Below are positions 18,820 to 28,705 of a DNA stretch of 64,000 nt, piece after piece (position 1 is the first letter of the stretch; each line of letters opens with the position of its first letter). The position numbers were made by a program, and so were the translations under genes. The notes below the pieces were generated by a model, which saw nothing but the letters and a program-made list of their open reading frames with translations, searched no databases and was not told the DNA's origin. Source of the stretch: an uncultured Acidobacteriota bacterium (lineage in GTDB: Bacteria; Acidobacteriota; Thermoanaerobaculia; Gp7-AA8); contig CAWGHO010000003.1 in the NCBI GenBank assembly GCA_963822445.1, forward strand, positions 352,001-416,000. Reading direction: 5' to 3'.

Positions 18820-19413
18820 TCAGCTCGCTGGAATTGCGGCCGGCGGCGCGGCGGCGATGATCGGATCGGGGACTTCGTTTCGGACCGGCTTGACGGTGCG
18901 CAGGTAGGCGAAGATCGCCTTGAGGTCCTCGTCGTTGAGGTGATTGAGGTTTTCCCACGGCATCGGCGGGAGGATCGGACGCGACACGCCCATGTGCCGC
19001 CCCGTGCGCATGGTCTTGATGAACATCTCCTCGGTCCAGATGCCGAGGCCGGAGACCTGGTCGGGCGTGAGATTGCGGCCGTAGCTGACGCCCCACGGAC
19101 CGGCGAAGGCGGTGTTGGTGCCGGCGCCGCTCCAGACCCACGGCCCATCCATCTTCGGAGGGGTGGGCATGACCAGATTGGCGGGATGGCCGGAGAGCGC
19201 GCGGCTCATGTCCGGCGCGGGACCGTTCGGACCCATGGTCCAGGGGGTGTGGCAGTGATGGCAGCCGCCGAAGTTGACCAGGTACTCACCCCGCTCGACA
19301 CGCTGCGCGGCGGCGTTCTGCTGCTGCGCGGGTTTGGCGCTCATGTCCTCCGTACAGGCGGTGACGAGCGGCACGGCGATGATGAGGACGACCAGGGCGA
19401 TGACAGGTTTCAT
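18820..19413 (-). CDS. c-type cytochrome lipoprotein
   Basis: Lipobox VTAC; ERGEYLV...CHHCH; NLTPD; PPMPW distal Met; AGGGAGG RBS. Confidence 0.88.
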   Translation of the reverse strand: MKPVIALVVLIIAVPLVTACTEDMSAKPAQQQNAAAQRVERGEYLVNFGGCHHCHTPWTMGPNGPAPDMSRALSGHPANLVMPTPPKMDGPWVWSGAGTNTAFAGPWGVSYGRNLTPDQVSGLGIWTEEMFIKTMRTGRHMGVSRPILPPMPWENLNHLNDEDLKAIFAYLRTVKPVRNEVPDPIIAAAPPAAIPAS

Positions 19414-19454
19414 GACTTCCTCCCTTACTTCGCGGCGAAGGTTACGAATCGCGT

Positions 19455-19482
19455 CTTACGGGGTGCTTACGGGGGTGCTTAC
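19455..19482 (-). promoter_or_regulatory. Three GTAAG direct repeats (11-12 bp period) upstream of a TAACCT -10-like hexamer
   Basis: CTTAC at 19455, 19466 and 19478; AGGTTA at 19439-19444. Confidence 0.45.
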
Positions 19483-19485
19483 TCG

Positions 19486-19577
19486 CGGGGTTCCGGGGTT
19501 GCGGGGTTTCGGGGTTGCGAGGGTAACGGCGGCTCGGTCCTCCCTCGTAACCCCGTAACCTCCGAGACCTCGTAACC
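19486..19577. repeat. Octamer tandem repeat (CGGGGTTN) arranged as an inverted hairpin
   Basis: CGGGGTTC CGGGGTTG CGGGGTTT CGGGGTTG ... TAACCCCG TAACCTCCG AGACCTCG TAACC. Confidence 0.8.
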
Positions 19578-19601
19578 TACAATTGCGTGCGGAGGTGAGG
19601 C

Positions 19602-20021
19602 ATGAATTCTCCGAGGGAAGTGGCGCGCAGGTGGTTTGAAGAGGCCTGGAATCAGAGGAAGAACGACACCATCACTGAATTGATGGCCGAGGACGCGGCC
19701 GGGCATGTGGAGGGTGGGGAGTTGCGCGGGCCGGCGCAGTTTTCCGAGATGCGCGCGACGTTCCTGGGCGCGTTTCCCGACCTGAAAATCACAGTGGAGG
19801 ACATCGCCGAGGATGGGGAGAACGCGATCGTGCGCTGGCGGTTCGCCGGGTCGCACACCGGAGACGCGGAAGGTCTCGGGCTGAAGGCAACGAATGCCGA
19901 GGTGACGGCGCGCGGCATTACGTGGCTGATCATCCGCAACGGCCAGATCGTGGAAGGCTGGGACGCCTGGAACCTCGGCCAGATGATGAACACGCTGCAG
20001 ACCGCCGCCGCGCAGACGTGA
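19602..20021 (+). CDS. SnoaL-like ester cyclase family protein
   Basis: WFEEAWN, AFPDLKITVEDI and GSHTG motifs; GGAGGTG RBS. Confidence 0.88.
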   Translation: MNSPREVARRWFEEAWNQRKNDTITELMAEDAAGHVEGGELRGPAQFSEMRATFLGAFPDLKITVEDIAEDGENAIVRWRFAGSHTGDAEGLGLKATNAEVTARGITWLIIRNGQIVEGWDAWNLGQMMNTLQTAAAQT

Positions 20022-20095
20022 TGTCCAGGTGCCCCGAGGTTCTAAGCGATTCGAGGAGCTGGGGATTTTTGGGGAGATTGGGGAGGCGTTGGTAG

Positions 20096-20512
20096 ATGGA
20101 TGATCTTTCACGCAGTGGTCCGTGGCAGCCATCGAGACCGGCGACGATCGCAATCGGTTTACTCAGCGTCTGGCCATTCCTCTACATGGGCCTGTTCTTC
20201 GCTGCGTTCGCGTACATGTGGTACTCGACGCCGCATCGAGGGCAAAGCGGCGAACCGGTGATCTTCAAGTACATCTTCGCCCTGCACTGTCTGACGATCC
20301 TGCTGATGTTCGTACTCATCGGCATCTACGTATTCCACGCGTACAAGACCGATCGAATTGCAAACGACAAGAAGGTGCTCTGGGTGGTGATCCTCTTTCT
20401 CGGCAACCTGATGGCGTTTCCAATCTACTGGTACCTCTACATGTGGACGCCCGTATCGCAAACCGGCAACGTCTCGAGCCCACCAGTGTCGCCAGACGGC
20501 TCGGCGGGTTGA
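20096..20512 (+). CDS. Hypothetical membrane protein
   Basis: Three TM segments; KKVLWVVILFLGNLMAFPIYWY resembles a PLDc_N-type motif. Confidence 0.7.
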   Translation: MDDLSRSGPWQPSRPATIAIGLLSVWPFLYMGLFFAAFAYMWYSTPHRGQSGEPVIFKYIFALHCLTILLMFVLIGIYVFHAYKTDRIANDKKVLWVVILFLGNLMAFPIYWYLYMWTPVSQTGNVSSPPVSPDGSAG

Positions 20513-20883
20513 GTGCGGCGCGGGTGGGCGGCAGGCTGTTTGTCGGTCTCAGCGGGTGAAGCCAGCGTTTCATCATTGCTCGGCGTCACGGCGGTAGTAA
20601 ATCGTGCCTGAATATTGAGTTAGTTAGCTGCACGCAAACCACGTCTTCCGTGAACTCGCGGTCGAAGGAACGGTCCGAGAACCAAGAGCTGCGCTGGATG
20701 CATCACGTCATTCCCGCGTTGGAATTCTGTCGAGGAGGCGTGACATCATGACCACACGTTGGATGTTCCTGAACCGGCGACGTCCGGCACGGCATGCCCG
20801 GAACGGATCGATCAGAGCCGCACGCTCTCTCGGAGCACACATCTCGTTCCGTCTGTCTCGGGTCTCGCGTAAACTGCTCACCT

Positions 20884-21171
20884 GTGAAGTTTGAATGGGA
20901 TCCGGAGAAGGCGAACGCTAACGTGGAGAAGCACGGCGTTACCTTCGAAGAAGCATCAACGGCCTTCGCGGATTGGGACTCAATGACCGTACCCGACCCC
21001 GAACATTCGATCGCTGAGGAGCGATGGTATCTGCTTGGCGTCTCTGAGAAGGGTAACCTCTTGGTTGTCTGTCACACGGAGCGCGGCGAAAGATTTCGGA
21101 TCTTCAGTGCGTGGAATGCCAACAAGCGTCAACGGAAACAATATGAAGACCAGTTCGAAGAAAAGCGCTAA
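20884..21171 (+). CDS. brnT: BrnT family toxin
   Basis: GTG start; FEWDPEKANANVEKHGVTFEEA...HSIAEERW...LLVVCHTER...RIFSA. Confidence 0.9.
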   Translation: MKFEWDPEKANANVEKHGVTFEEASTAFADWDSMTVPDPEHSIAEERWYLLGVSEKGNLLVVCHTERGERFRIFSAWNANKRQRKQYEDQFEEKR

Positions 21172-21415
21172 ATCTGCCCGTTCGACTACGGTTCCTGACA
21201 TTGATTTCTCTGGTGGGGTCCGCGGTAAGTACGCCGCACGCTACGCAGAGAGTACAAATATCGTCGTGCTTTCGCCCGAAGTCGCCGAAGTGTTTCCTAA
21301 CTCGGAAGCTGTCAATGAGGCGTTGCGTACTCTTGTCCGGCTCTCCGGGAAGACACTACGAGCACCGGCAACACCCACGCCAAAAAGGCGGCGGCTAACT
21401 ACTGCCAGAAGCTGA
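21143..21415 (+). CDS. BrnT-associated antitoxin
   Basis: DFSGGVRGKYAARY...VVLSPEVAEVFPNSEAVNEALR; overlaps the brnT 3' end. Confidence 0.8.
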   Translation: MKTSSKKSAKSARSTTVPDIDFSGGVRGKYAARYAESTNIVVLSPEVAEVFPNSEAVNEALRTLVRLSGKTLRAPATPTPKRRRLTTARS

Positions 21416-21467
21416 CACGGCCCGGCTTCGGGCCTTGGCCGTGCAACCTAGGCGATGGACGTTAGCC
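21393..21467 (+). mobile_element. attC-like integron recombination site
   Basis: GGCTAAC (R'') ... imperfect palindrome CACGGCC/GGCCGTG ... GTTAGCC (R'); 75 bp, overlapping the antitoxin stop. Confidence 0.55.
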
Positions 21468-21577
21468 GGACCCGCCGAGCGCAGCGTGACGATCGGACAT
21501 CTCGCAATGCGTTTCAGCATCGTTCGGGATTCCGCCCGGTGCGTGTCGCGATACCGCACGGGACGTAAAATCGCGAC

Positions 21578-22291
21578 ATGACGCCGATCCTTGCCCTCAT
21601 CCTCGTCGCCACGAGCATCACCGGACGTTATGAAACGTCCAATGCCACGCTCGAACTGCACATCGGCCATGATGGGCAATTGCGCGGACATCTCATCGAC
21701 GAGGCGGGCGTGGCCGCTCTCGACCCGATTCGCGTCGACGGGCAGCAACTGATCGCGACTGCGAGACGTGAGGACGACAGTCGGGCGGAGTTGAAGGCGG
21801 AGGTCCGCAGCGACGGATCGATCCTTATCGGCACGAAAACCTTCAAGAGGAAAGCGGTTGAGCGGCCTGCTACGCCTGCGGTTCGGCGAGCGATTTTCGC
21901 CGCGTACGAGAAGCTGGCGGAAGCCGTGAACGAGAAGGACTTCGACGCGTTCCAGGCTCTTCGCACGAACGAATTCGCCACAATTCCGCCCGAGGGACCA
22001 CCGCGGGACGCAGAATTCATGGCGACGCGCGCACGCGGACTGCTCGCGGGGATTCAGCCACCAGTCAAGGCTCGAAATGACATTCTCACCTTGACCATGC
22101 GCGGCGAGGAGGCCATTGCCACCGTGCGACAGCATTTCTCGCGAAGACAACCGAATCCGCAAGGCGTGCTCCGCCGGGTGGAAACATCCGTCACTCAGCG
22201 TGAGACGTGGAGGCGCATGCCCGACGGCTGGAAGCTCATCTTCGTCGACGAAGTACGCGACCACGCGCGCTGGGCGGAAGACGAGAACTGA
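21578..22291 (+). CDS. Secreted protein with C-terminal NTF2-like (DUF4440-like) domain
   Basis: Hydrophobic N-terminus; ...QRETWRRMPDGWKL end typical of the NTF2 fold. Confidence 0.65.
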   Translation: MTPILALILVATSITGRYETSNATLELHIGHDGQLRGHLIDEAGVAALDPIRVDGQQLIATARREDDSRAELKAEVRSDGSILIGTKTFKRKAVERPATPAVRRAIFAAYEKLAEAVNEKDFDAFQALRTNEFATIPPEGPPRDAEFMATRARGLLAGIQPPVKARNDILTLTMRGEEAIATVRQHFSRRQPNPQGVLRRVETSVTQRETWRRMPDGWKLIFVDEVRDHARWAEDEN

Positions 22292-22334
22292 TAGTCGCGC
22301 ATCGCGCATGAGCGTTGAGCGTACGATAGCGCTG

Positions 22335-23312
22335 ATGAAGCACACGCTGGCCTCGCTTCTCCTGTTACTCACCTTCAATTCCAACGCGGACACGCTCTTC
22401 GTCGTCAACAAGCGTGATGCCACGCTCGTGCTCGTCGACCCGGCGGCAATGAAGGCCATCGGACGAATCGCGACTGGGGAGGCGCCGCACGAAGTGGCTG
22501 TATCAGACGACGGGAAGATTGCGGTGGTTTGCAACTATGGGACAGAAGAAAATCCCGGCTCGTCGCTTACGGTCGTCGACGTGAGTGCCAAGCGAGAGTT
22601 GCGGCGGTTTGCCCTGCCCGGACTGATCCGGCCGCATGGTATCCAGGCAATCGGTTCAAGGTTCTACCTCACGGCCGAGGGAAGCCTCGCGGTGGCGCGC
22701 TACGACGTCGCGTCGAATCGAATCGACTGGATCGCCGGCACGGGGCAGGACATGACTCACATGCTGGTCGTAACTCGCAACGAGAAGAAGATCTACACCT
22801 CGAACGTGGCCAGCAGCAGCGTCAGTGTAATGAACCTCACGAACGCGCCAGGGTACGTTGCTCTGAAGCAGATTGCCGTCGGAAGAGGCCCCGAAGGAAT
22901 CGACCTCGCTCCCGACGGCTCGGCGGTGTGGGTTACCGGAGTCGCCAGGCGAGGCGAGCCGGCCGTGATCAGCGTGATCGATCCGAAGAGCGGCAGCATC
23001 CTGCGATCGATTCCAACCAAGATGAAACTGGCGAACCGGTTGAAATTTACGCCCGATGGCACGCACGTAGCGGTTTCCGATCCGGGGACGAACCAGATCT
23101 CTATCTTCGACGCCGCTACCGGAAATGTCATAAAGGAGATTGCGACTGCCCCCGGACCGGCCGGTATCCTGTTTACACCGGACGGCAAACGACTCTTCGT
23201 TGCCTGTGCCGACGCGGGCAAGGTGCAGGTGATCGACACGGCGACGTGGAACGTCGCTGGAGAAGTCGTGACGGGGGCGGAGCCGGACGGGATGGCCTAC
23301 GCCCCGAGGTAA
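22335..23312 (+). CDS. YncE/YVTN beta-propeller repeat protein
   Basis: Repeats ATGEAPHEVAVSDDGK, AVGRGPEGIDLAPDG and TAPGPAGILFTPDGK; signal peptide. Confidence 0.88.
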   Translation: MKHTLASLLLLLTFNSNADTLFVVNKRDATLVLVDPAAMKAIGRIATGEAPHEVAVSDDGKIAVVCNYGTEENPGSSLTVVDVSAKRELRRFALPGLIRPHGIQAIGSRFYLTAEGSLAVARYDVASNRIDWIAGTGQDMTHMLVVTRNEKKIYTSNVASSSVSVMNLTNAPGYVALKQIAVGRGPEGIDLAPDGSAVWVTGVARRGEPAVISVIDPKSGSILRSIPTKMKLANRLKFTPDGTHVAVSDPGTNQISIFDAATGNVIKEIATAPGPAGILFTPDGKRLFVACADAGKVQVIDTATWNVAGEVVTGAEPDGMAYAPR

Positions 23313-23321
23313 GCCTGCCCG

Positions 23322-23843
23322 ATGAACCGCCGGGCTGAATCGAAGATGCTTCCCGACATCATCGACGACTATCGTGACTACACGCCGCCCTCCTGGGTGC
23401 GCGAAACGGTCATTCGTCTCCTTGAAAATCTCGATCCCGGCCATGTCGGGGGCCTGCAGTCCATTGTGCTCACGAATTCAGCGCGTCTGGGAAAGGGCAA
23501 GACCAATCGCGTGCGGGGGCGGAAATACCGCGAGCGGGATTGTCGCGGCTTCTATCATCACGCCGGCCGGAGTGGTGGGGCCTGGATCCAACTCGTGGTG
23601 GACAACATCGTTCGCCACCGGCGGCCGCGCTTGAAATTCATGCAGGACGTGATCGTCGGCCGGACGTTGTTCCATGAAATCGGGCATCATCTCCACGAAA
23701 CGATCGGTTCGGCAAAGAGGGGTGGCGAGGAGTCGGCCGACGATTGGAGCCATCGTCTGATGGACGTTTTCATACGCAGGCGTCATCGATGGCTCACGGT
23801 TCTGGCCAGGGTCATCGGATTCTTCAAACGCGAGAAACCATGA
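23322..23843 (+). CDS. Hypothetical protein with HEXXH zinc-binding motif
   Basis: TLFHEIGHH with a downstream EESAD. Confidence 0.65.
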   Translation: MNRRAESKMLPDIIDDYRDYTPPSWVRETVIRLLENLDPGHVGGLQSIVLTNSARLGKGKTNRVRGRKYRERDCRGFYHHAGRSGGAWIQLVVDNIVRHRRPRLKFMQDVIVGRTLFHEIGHHLHETIGSAKRGGEESADDWSHRLMDVFIRRRHRWLTVLARVIGFFKREKP

Positions 23844-24250
23844 AAGAGACATTTCCCGGCGCCATCCCGGAGATCCCGGTGAGCGACCTCAAAACGGCGC
23901 TGGACTACTACGCCAACCGCCTCGGCTTCAGCATCGATTGGGGCGATCGGGGTGGAGGCGGCATTGCCGGTATCTCCAAAGGCGACTGCCGCATGTTTCT
24001 GACCGACGCCGCTTTCCGCGAAAATTACGGCAACCGTGGCCCGGTGCTGGTCTGGCTGAATCTCGACAACAAAGAAGAGGTGGACGCGCTCCACGAGCTC
24101 TGGCGAGGGAGTCAGGTCAGGATCATTTCGCCGCCGGAATCCAAGCCCTGGGGATTGCATGAGTTCACTGCCTCCGATCCGGATGGCAATCTGTTGCGCG
24201 TCTTCTATGACTTTGCCACTCCGGAGCATGAAGCTCTCCATTCGTCATGA
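23840..24250 (+). CDS. VOC/glyoxalase/bleomycin-resistance family protein
   Basis: IPEIPVSDLKTALDYY...LGF; PESKPWGLHEF...DPDGNLL. Confidence 0.9.
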   Translation: MKETFPGAIPEIPVSDLKTALDYYANRLGFSIDWGDRGGGGIAGISKGDCRMFLTDAAFRENYGNRGPVLVWLNLDNKEEVDALHELWRGSQVRIISPPESKPWGLHEFTASDPDGNLLRVFYDFATPEHEALHSS

Positions 24251-25215
24251 AAGCGATCGTCCAGGACCGCTACGGCTCGCCGGACGTCCTCGAGCTTCGC
24301 GACATCGAAACCCCCACTATCGATGATCGGGGAATCCTCGTTCGGATCCACGCCGCGTCCGTAAACGCTTTGGATTGGCACATTACCCGTGGCATGCCCT
24401 ACGTCGTGCGGATGGCAGGAGGCTTACGGCGGCCCGATGACACCACCAGAGGCGTCGATCTCGCGGGGCGGGTCGAGGCCGTCGGAAAAAATGTCACGCG
24501 GTTCAAAGTCGGGGACGACGTCTTCGGCGGAACCAACGGCAGTTTTGCCGAGTACACGGTCACCACCGAAGACCGTTTAGCGTTGAAGCCATCCGGCATT
24601 TCGTATGAGCAGGCAGCCGCGCTTCACGTCGCGGGGCTCACAGCGCTCCAGGGATTGCGGGACCAAGCGAAACTCCAGCGTGGCCAGAATGTTCTGATCA
24701 ACGGCGCCGGCGGCGGCGTGGGTACGTTCGCGGTGCAGATTGCGAAGTGGCTCGGCGCGCATGTCACGGCCGTGACCCGCACGGAAAGCGTCGATCTCGT
24801 CCGCTCGATCGGCGCGGACGCCGTCGTCGATCACCAGCGCGAAGACTTCACCGAGCGGAGCGACCGCTACGACGTTCTGTTCGATATCGGCGGCAATCGC
24901 CCGTTTGCGCAATGCCGGCGGGTGATGACCCGCAACGGAACGCTGGTCGTCGTGGGCGGGCCGCCGGGCCGATGGCTGGCGCCCGCGACGCGTCTGCTGA
25001 AGGCGATCGTCCTTTCACCCTTCGTATCCCAGCGGCTGGTGCCGTTCATCTCGAAGAACGACGCTGCCGGGCTGGCGCTTCTGGGCCAGCTCGCGGAAAC
25101 CGGAACCATTACTCCCGTCATCGACCGTCATTACCCGCTGAGAGACGTGCCGGAAGCCATCCGCTATGTAGGCACGGGTCGCGCGCGCGGCAAGGTCACA
25201 ATCAGAATCGAGTGA
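24247..25215 (+). CDS. MDR family NAD(P)-dependent oxidoreductase
   Basis: YGSPDVL, AASVN, GLTALQGL, INGAGGGVG and RARGKV motifs. Confidence 0.92.
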   Translation: MKAIVQDRYGSPDVLELRDIETPTIDDRGILVRIHAASVNALDWHITRGMPYVVRMAGGLRRPDDTTRGVDLAGRVEAVGKNVTRFKVGDDVFGGTNGSFAEYTVTTEDRLALKPSGISYEQAAALHVAGLTALQGLRDQAKLQRGQNVLINGAGGGVGTFAVQIAKWLGAHVTAVTRTESVDLVRSIGADAVVDHQREDFTERSDRYDVLFDIGGNRPFAQCRRVMTRNGTLVVVGGPPGRWLAPATRLLKAIVLSPFVSQRLVPFISKNDAAGLALLGQLAETGTITPVIDRHYPLRDVPEAIRYVGTGRARGKVTIRIE

Positions 25216-25218
25216 GAT

Positions 25219-25518
25219 ATGGCAGACGCAAACAGCAAGACTCTGGACAAGCCGCAGCGGCGAAGTGTTCGCTGGACCTCTTTCGTCGCCAGCGCGCGAC
25301 GCGGAAGAGCGGTCCGTGGATTGGAGGAAGAAGGAAATCCTCGCCATCGCGTTCGCGTCGAGCACAACAAAGACACGCTCCTGGTCCACATCGCCGGCGA
25401 GGGTGGTCGCGGATGGACCACGCTCGCCATCGACAGGGCTACCCGCGAGTGGTCGATCGTCCAGCGCGATCGCCAGTCGGACGCGGCCAGCGCGGCGTAC
25501 GGCAATCTTTATCGATGA
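25219..25518 (+). CDS. Hypothetical protein
   Basis: 99-aa ORF starting 3 nt after the upstream stop. Confidence 0.6.
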   Translation: MADANSKTLDKPQRRSVRWTSFVASARRGRAVRGLEEEGNPRHRVRVEHNKDTLLVHIAGEGGRGWTTLAIDRATREWSIVQRDRQSDAASAAYGNLYR

Positions 25519-25585
25519 GGTTCACGCTCCCACCCGCGCCGCCGCGGCGTTGGCGGCGGGATGGATCGCCTAAAATACCGGCACC

Positions 25586-25858
25586 ATGAAAGAGACGACT
25601 CGGTTCGCCCTCGGCGTCGGCGCCGGATTGGTTGGCTTGGTGGCTCTCTTCACGGAGAGGGAGCTTTCGTTCCTCTGGTTCTCGGCGTTCGCGCTTTCCA
25701 TCGCTCTCACAGCGCCGCAGCGCGAGCAGGACGCCCCCGCCAATCAGGACAGGGCAGTCACGATCATCATCGTCGTTCTGCTCGCCGCATTCGGCGCTGC
25801 GTTACTCCTTCTCTTGCTGGCGCCGTCTGTTCTGGACAATATCCACCGCTTTATCTAG
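25586..25858 (+). CDS. Small hypothetical membrane protein
   Basis: Three hydrophobic segments; TAAAAT 9 nt upstream of the ATG. Confidence 0.55.
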   Translation: MKETTRFALGVGAGLVGLVALFTERELSFLWFSAFALSIALTAPQREQDAPANQDRAVTIIIVVLLAAFGAALLLLLLAPSVLDNIHRFI

Positions 25859-28577
25859 CTGGAAAGCGACTGATAAACCTTCCGCGTCGCCGGCTCGGGC
25901 TCGGTATCGAGCTCCTTCTTCAGCACGTCCGCCAGCCGTTTGTACACGCGCGCGGCGCCGGCCGCATCGCCCTGCTTCGCCAGGGCGGACATGAGATTGC
26001 GGCAGGCCTCTTCATCGAATTCATCGAGCGCAACCAGCCGCCGGAACGCATCGGCAGCGGTCGCGTGATCGCCTGCCGCGGTGCTGAGGCGGCCTAAAGA
26101 CGACAGCGCTCGTGCGTAGAGATCGCGGAGACGATCGCGCGTCTCGAGGTACCACTCGCCGTCGCTGCTCGCGTTCTCGAAGAAATCGCCGCGATAGAGC
26201 TCGATGGCCTTGGCCAGACTCGCGGCCTCTTTCGATTTCGCGTAACGCTCGAACGTGGTCACGTCGAAGTGGATCCCCGGCTTGAGCGAGTAAGCCTCGC
26301 CGTCGACGACGACCCAGTCCGCGTTGCCGAGGGTCTTGCGGAGACGATGCACGGTGACGTGGAAGTTGTTCCGCAGTTTCGCCGGATCGACTTCCGGCCA
26401 GAGCGCGGCGCCGATCTGTTCCTTCGTCGCGCCGGATGGATGGGACAGTAGATAGAGGAGGAGCTCGCGCGAGCGGCCCGCGTCGACGAGCTTGCCGTTC
26501 AGTTCGATCTCCAGCGGACCGAGGGCGCGAACGCGCAGTCCCGTGGCGACCGCGCCGGACGTGCCCGCGGCGGCAATGCGCTCCCGCGCGAGCGCCACCA
26601 TCGCCTCGTACGACAGACCCGCGCCCGAAGCGAGCGTCACGCGCAGCTTTTCATCGCCGAGGGCCTGGCGGATCCGCTCGTCCTTTTCGCGATCGAACTC
26701 CTCATTGCGCCCGGGCCGCGCTCCGAGTTGCAACCATGCCGCGGAGGCGGCGGCGAGCAGGCGCGTTCCCGTCTCGGCATCACCGCCATCGAGCAACAGA
26801 ATGCCGATCCCTTCGATGACCAGCGTCAGACCCCAGCGATCATCGATGCGCGCGTGAACGTCCAGCGCCTCGCGAAAGCAGCGGATGGCCTCCTCGCGCT
26901 TTCCTTCGATCAGCGAGAGATGCCCGAGGACGGTGAGCGAGTGGCCCATCGCCGGAAGGTTGTCGATCTCGCGGCCGAGCTGGTTCCCTTCTTCGAACGC
27001 CGCGCGGGCAGCGGCGAAGTCTCCGCGCAACTGCGCGCCGATTCCCATCCAGTAAAGCGCCAGGCCGAGACCGACGTCGCGGCCGTGCCTGCGCGCGGTG
27101 GCCACCGCTTCTTCGAACACCTCTCGCGCATCGCGTTCGCCGGTGAAAGCTTTGGCCGTGGCGAGAAGCGTCAACGCCCGCGACAGTGCGCGCGTGTCGC
27201 CGCTGTCGCGCAGCGCGTCCACGGCCTCGTCGGCCGACGGCCGGATCGCATTCCAGTCCGCCTGCCAGATCGCCGCGTCGCCGCTGGCGAGGAGGGCTCG
27301 GGCCCGCACGATGCGGATCGATGTTCGCGTTTGCCGCGCGCGCGAGTCCGGCGTCGATTCGCCTTCGGGCCTCGTGAAAATGGCCGCGCGCGAACCAGTA
27401 CCAGTGCAGCGCGTGAAGCATCCGCAGCTCGAGCTCCGCACGCCGACGCTTCTTCCTCGGTCCAATCGAACACAGCGCGGATGTTCCCGATCTCGCGATC
27501 GATCATGGCCATCGTCGGCGGATCGACGGCGCCCGCGAAAAGGCGCGGCTCGGCGCTCTCACGAGACTGGAGAAGTACTGCGCGTGCCGTTCGCGGAACT
27601 GCGCAGTCTCGCGCGCCTGCTCCAGTTTCTCCGCGGCGAACTGGCGGACGGTCTCGAGCAGGCGGTAACGCTCGTCGACAACCATCACCAGCGACTTGTC
27701 GACGAGCGCGGCCAGCGACGCGAGGACGTCGGTCCGCTCGTCTTCGCACACCGCTTCTGCCGCGGCGAGCGAGAAACTCCCCGAGAAAACAGCCAGGCGC
27801 CTCAGCAGAATCTGCTCATCCTCGGAGAGCAGGCGAAAACTCCAGTCGATCGTTTCGCGAATCGTGCGATGCCGCGGCAATGTGCGCGAGCCGGTGGAGA
27901 GCAGGCGGAAGGCGTCGATGAGACGCGCCGCGATCTGCTCGACGGACAGCACTTTCACGCGCGCCGCCGCAAGCTCGATGGCCAGCGGAATCCCGTCGAG
28001 GCGAACGCAGATCGCGCGACACGGCCGGCGTGTTCGCGTCGGTCAGCGCGAACGAAGGCGAGACAGCGCGGGCACGCTCGGCGAAGAGCTGCATCGCATC
28101 GGGCTCGGCCAGCGGCGGCACGAGCCAGGTCTGCTCGCCGGGGATGCCGAGGGCTTCGCGCGTTGTGGCCAGCATCGAGACACTCTCGCAACGGCGGAGG
28201 ATCGACTCGGCCAGCGCCGCACACGCATCGACGAGATGCTCACAGTTGTCGAGCACCAGCAGCGCGTGCCGCGGCTTGAGCGCCTCGATGATCACGTCGA
28301 CGTCGCGCACGTCGGCCACTTCGCGCAGACCCAGCGCCTCGAGGAGTTGCTCCGGAATGAGCTCCGGATCGGCGATCGGTGCGAGGTCGACCCAGACCAC
28401 TTCGTCGAAGCGATCGACCGCTCTTCGCGCCAGCTCCAGCGCAAGCCGCGTTTTGCCGCTGCCGCCCGCGCCGGTCAGCGTGAGCAGACGGGTCTTGTCC
28501 AGCAGACGCTCGGTCTCCGTGAGCTCGCGCTCACGGCCGAGGAGAGTCGTCAGCGGGACGGGGACCGACGAGGGCAT
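25855..28577 (-). CDS. NB-ARC/AAA ATPase-TPR regulator with C-terminal SARP-type wHTH-BTAD domain (frameshifted as given)
   Basis: GAGGSGKTRLA, LLVLDNCEH, RHRTIRETIDWS, YRLLETVRQFA, LRVRALGPLEI and LYRGDFF. Frame switches near 28020, 27550 and 27320. Confidence 0.85.
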
Positions 28578-28588
28578 GGGTAAGGATA

Positions 28589-28684
28589 AGTCGTAGTCGT
28601 TAGTGGTTAGTCGTTAGTCGTTAGTAGAACGAAAACCGCGGGCGCCGGTATCTACTAACGACTGACCACTAACGACTAACGACT
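28589..28684. repeat. Heptamer tandem repeat (AGTCGTT/AGTGGTT) inverted hairpin
   Basis: 4-5 units per arm, ending AGTAGA...TCTACT. Confidence 0.9.
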
Positions 28685-28705
28685 CGAAAACCTATACTGC
28701 CGCGG

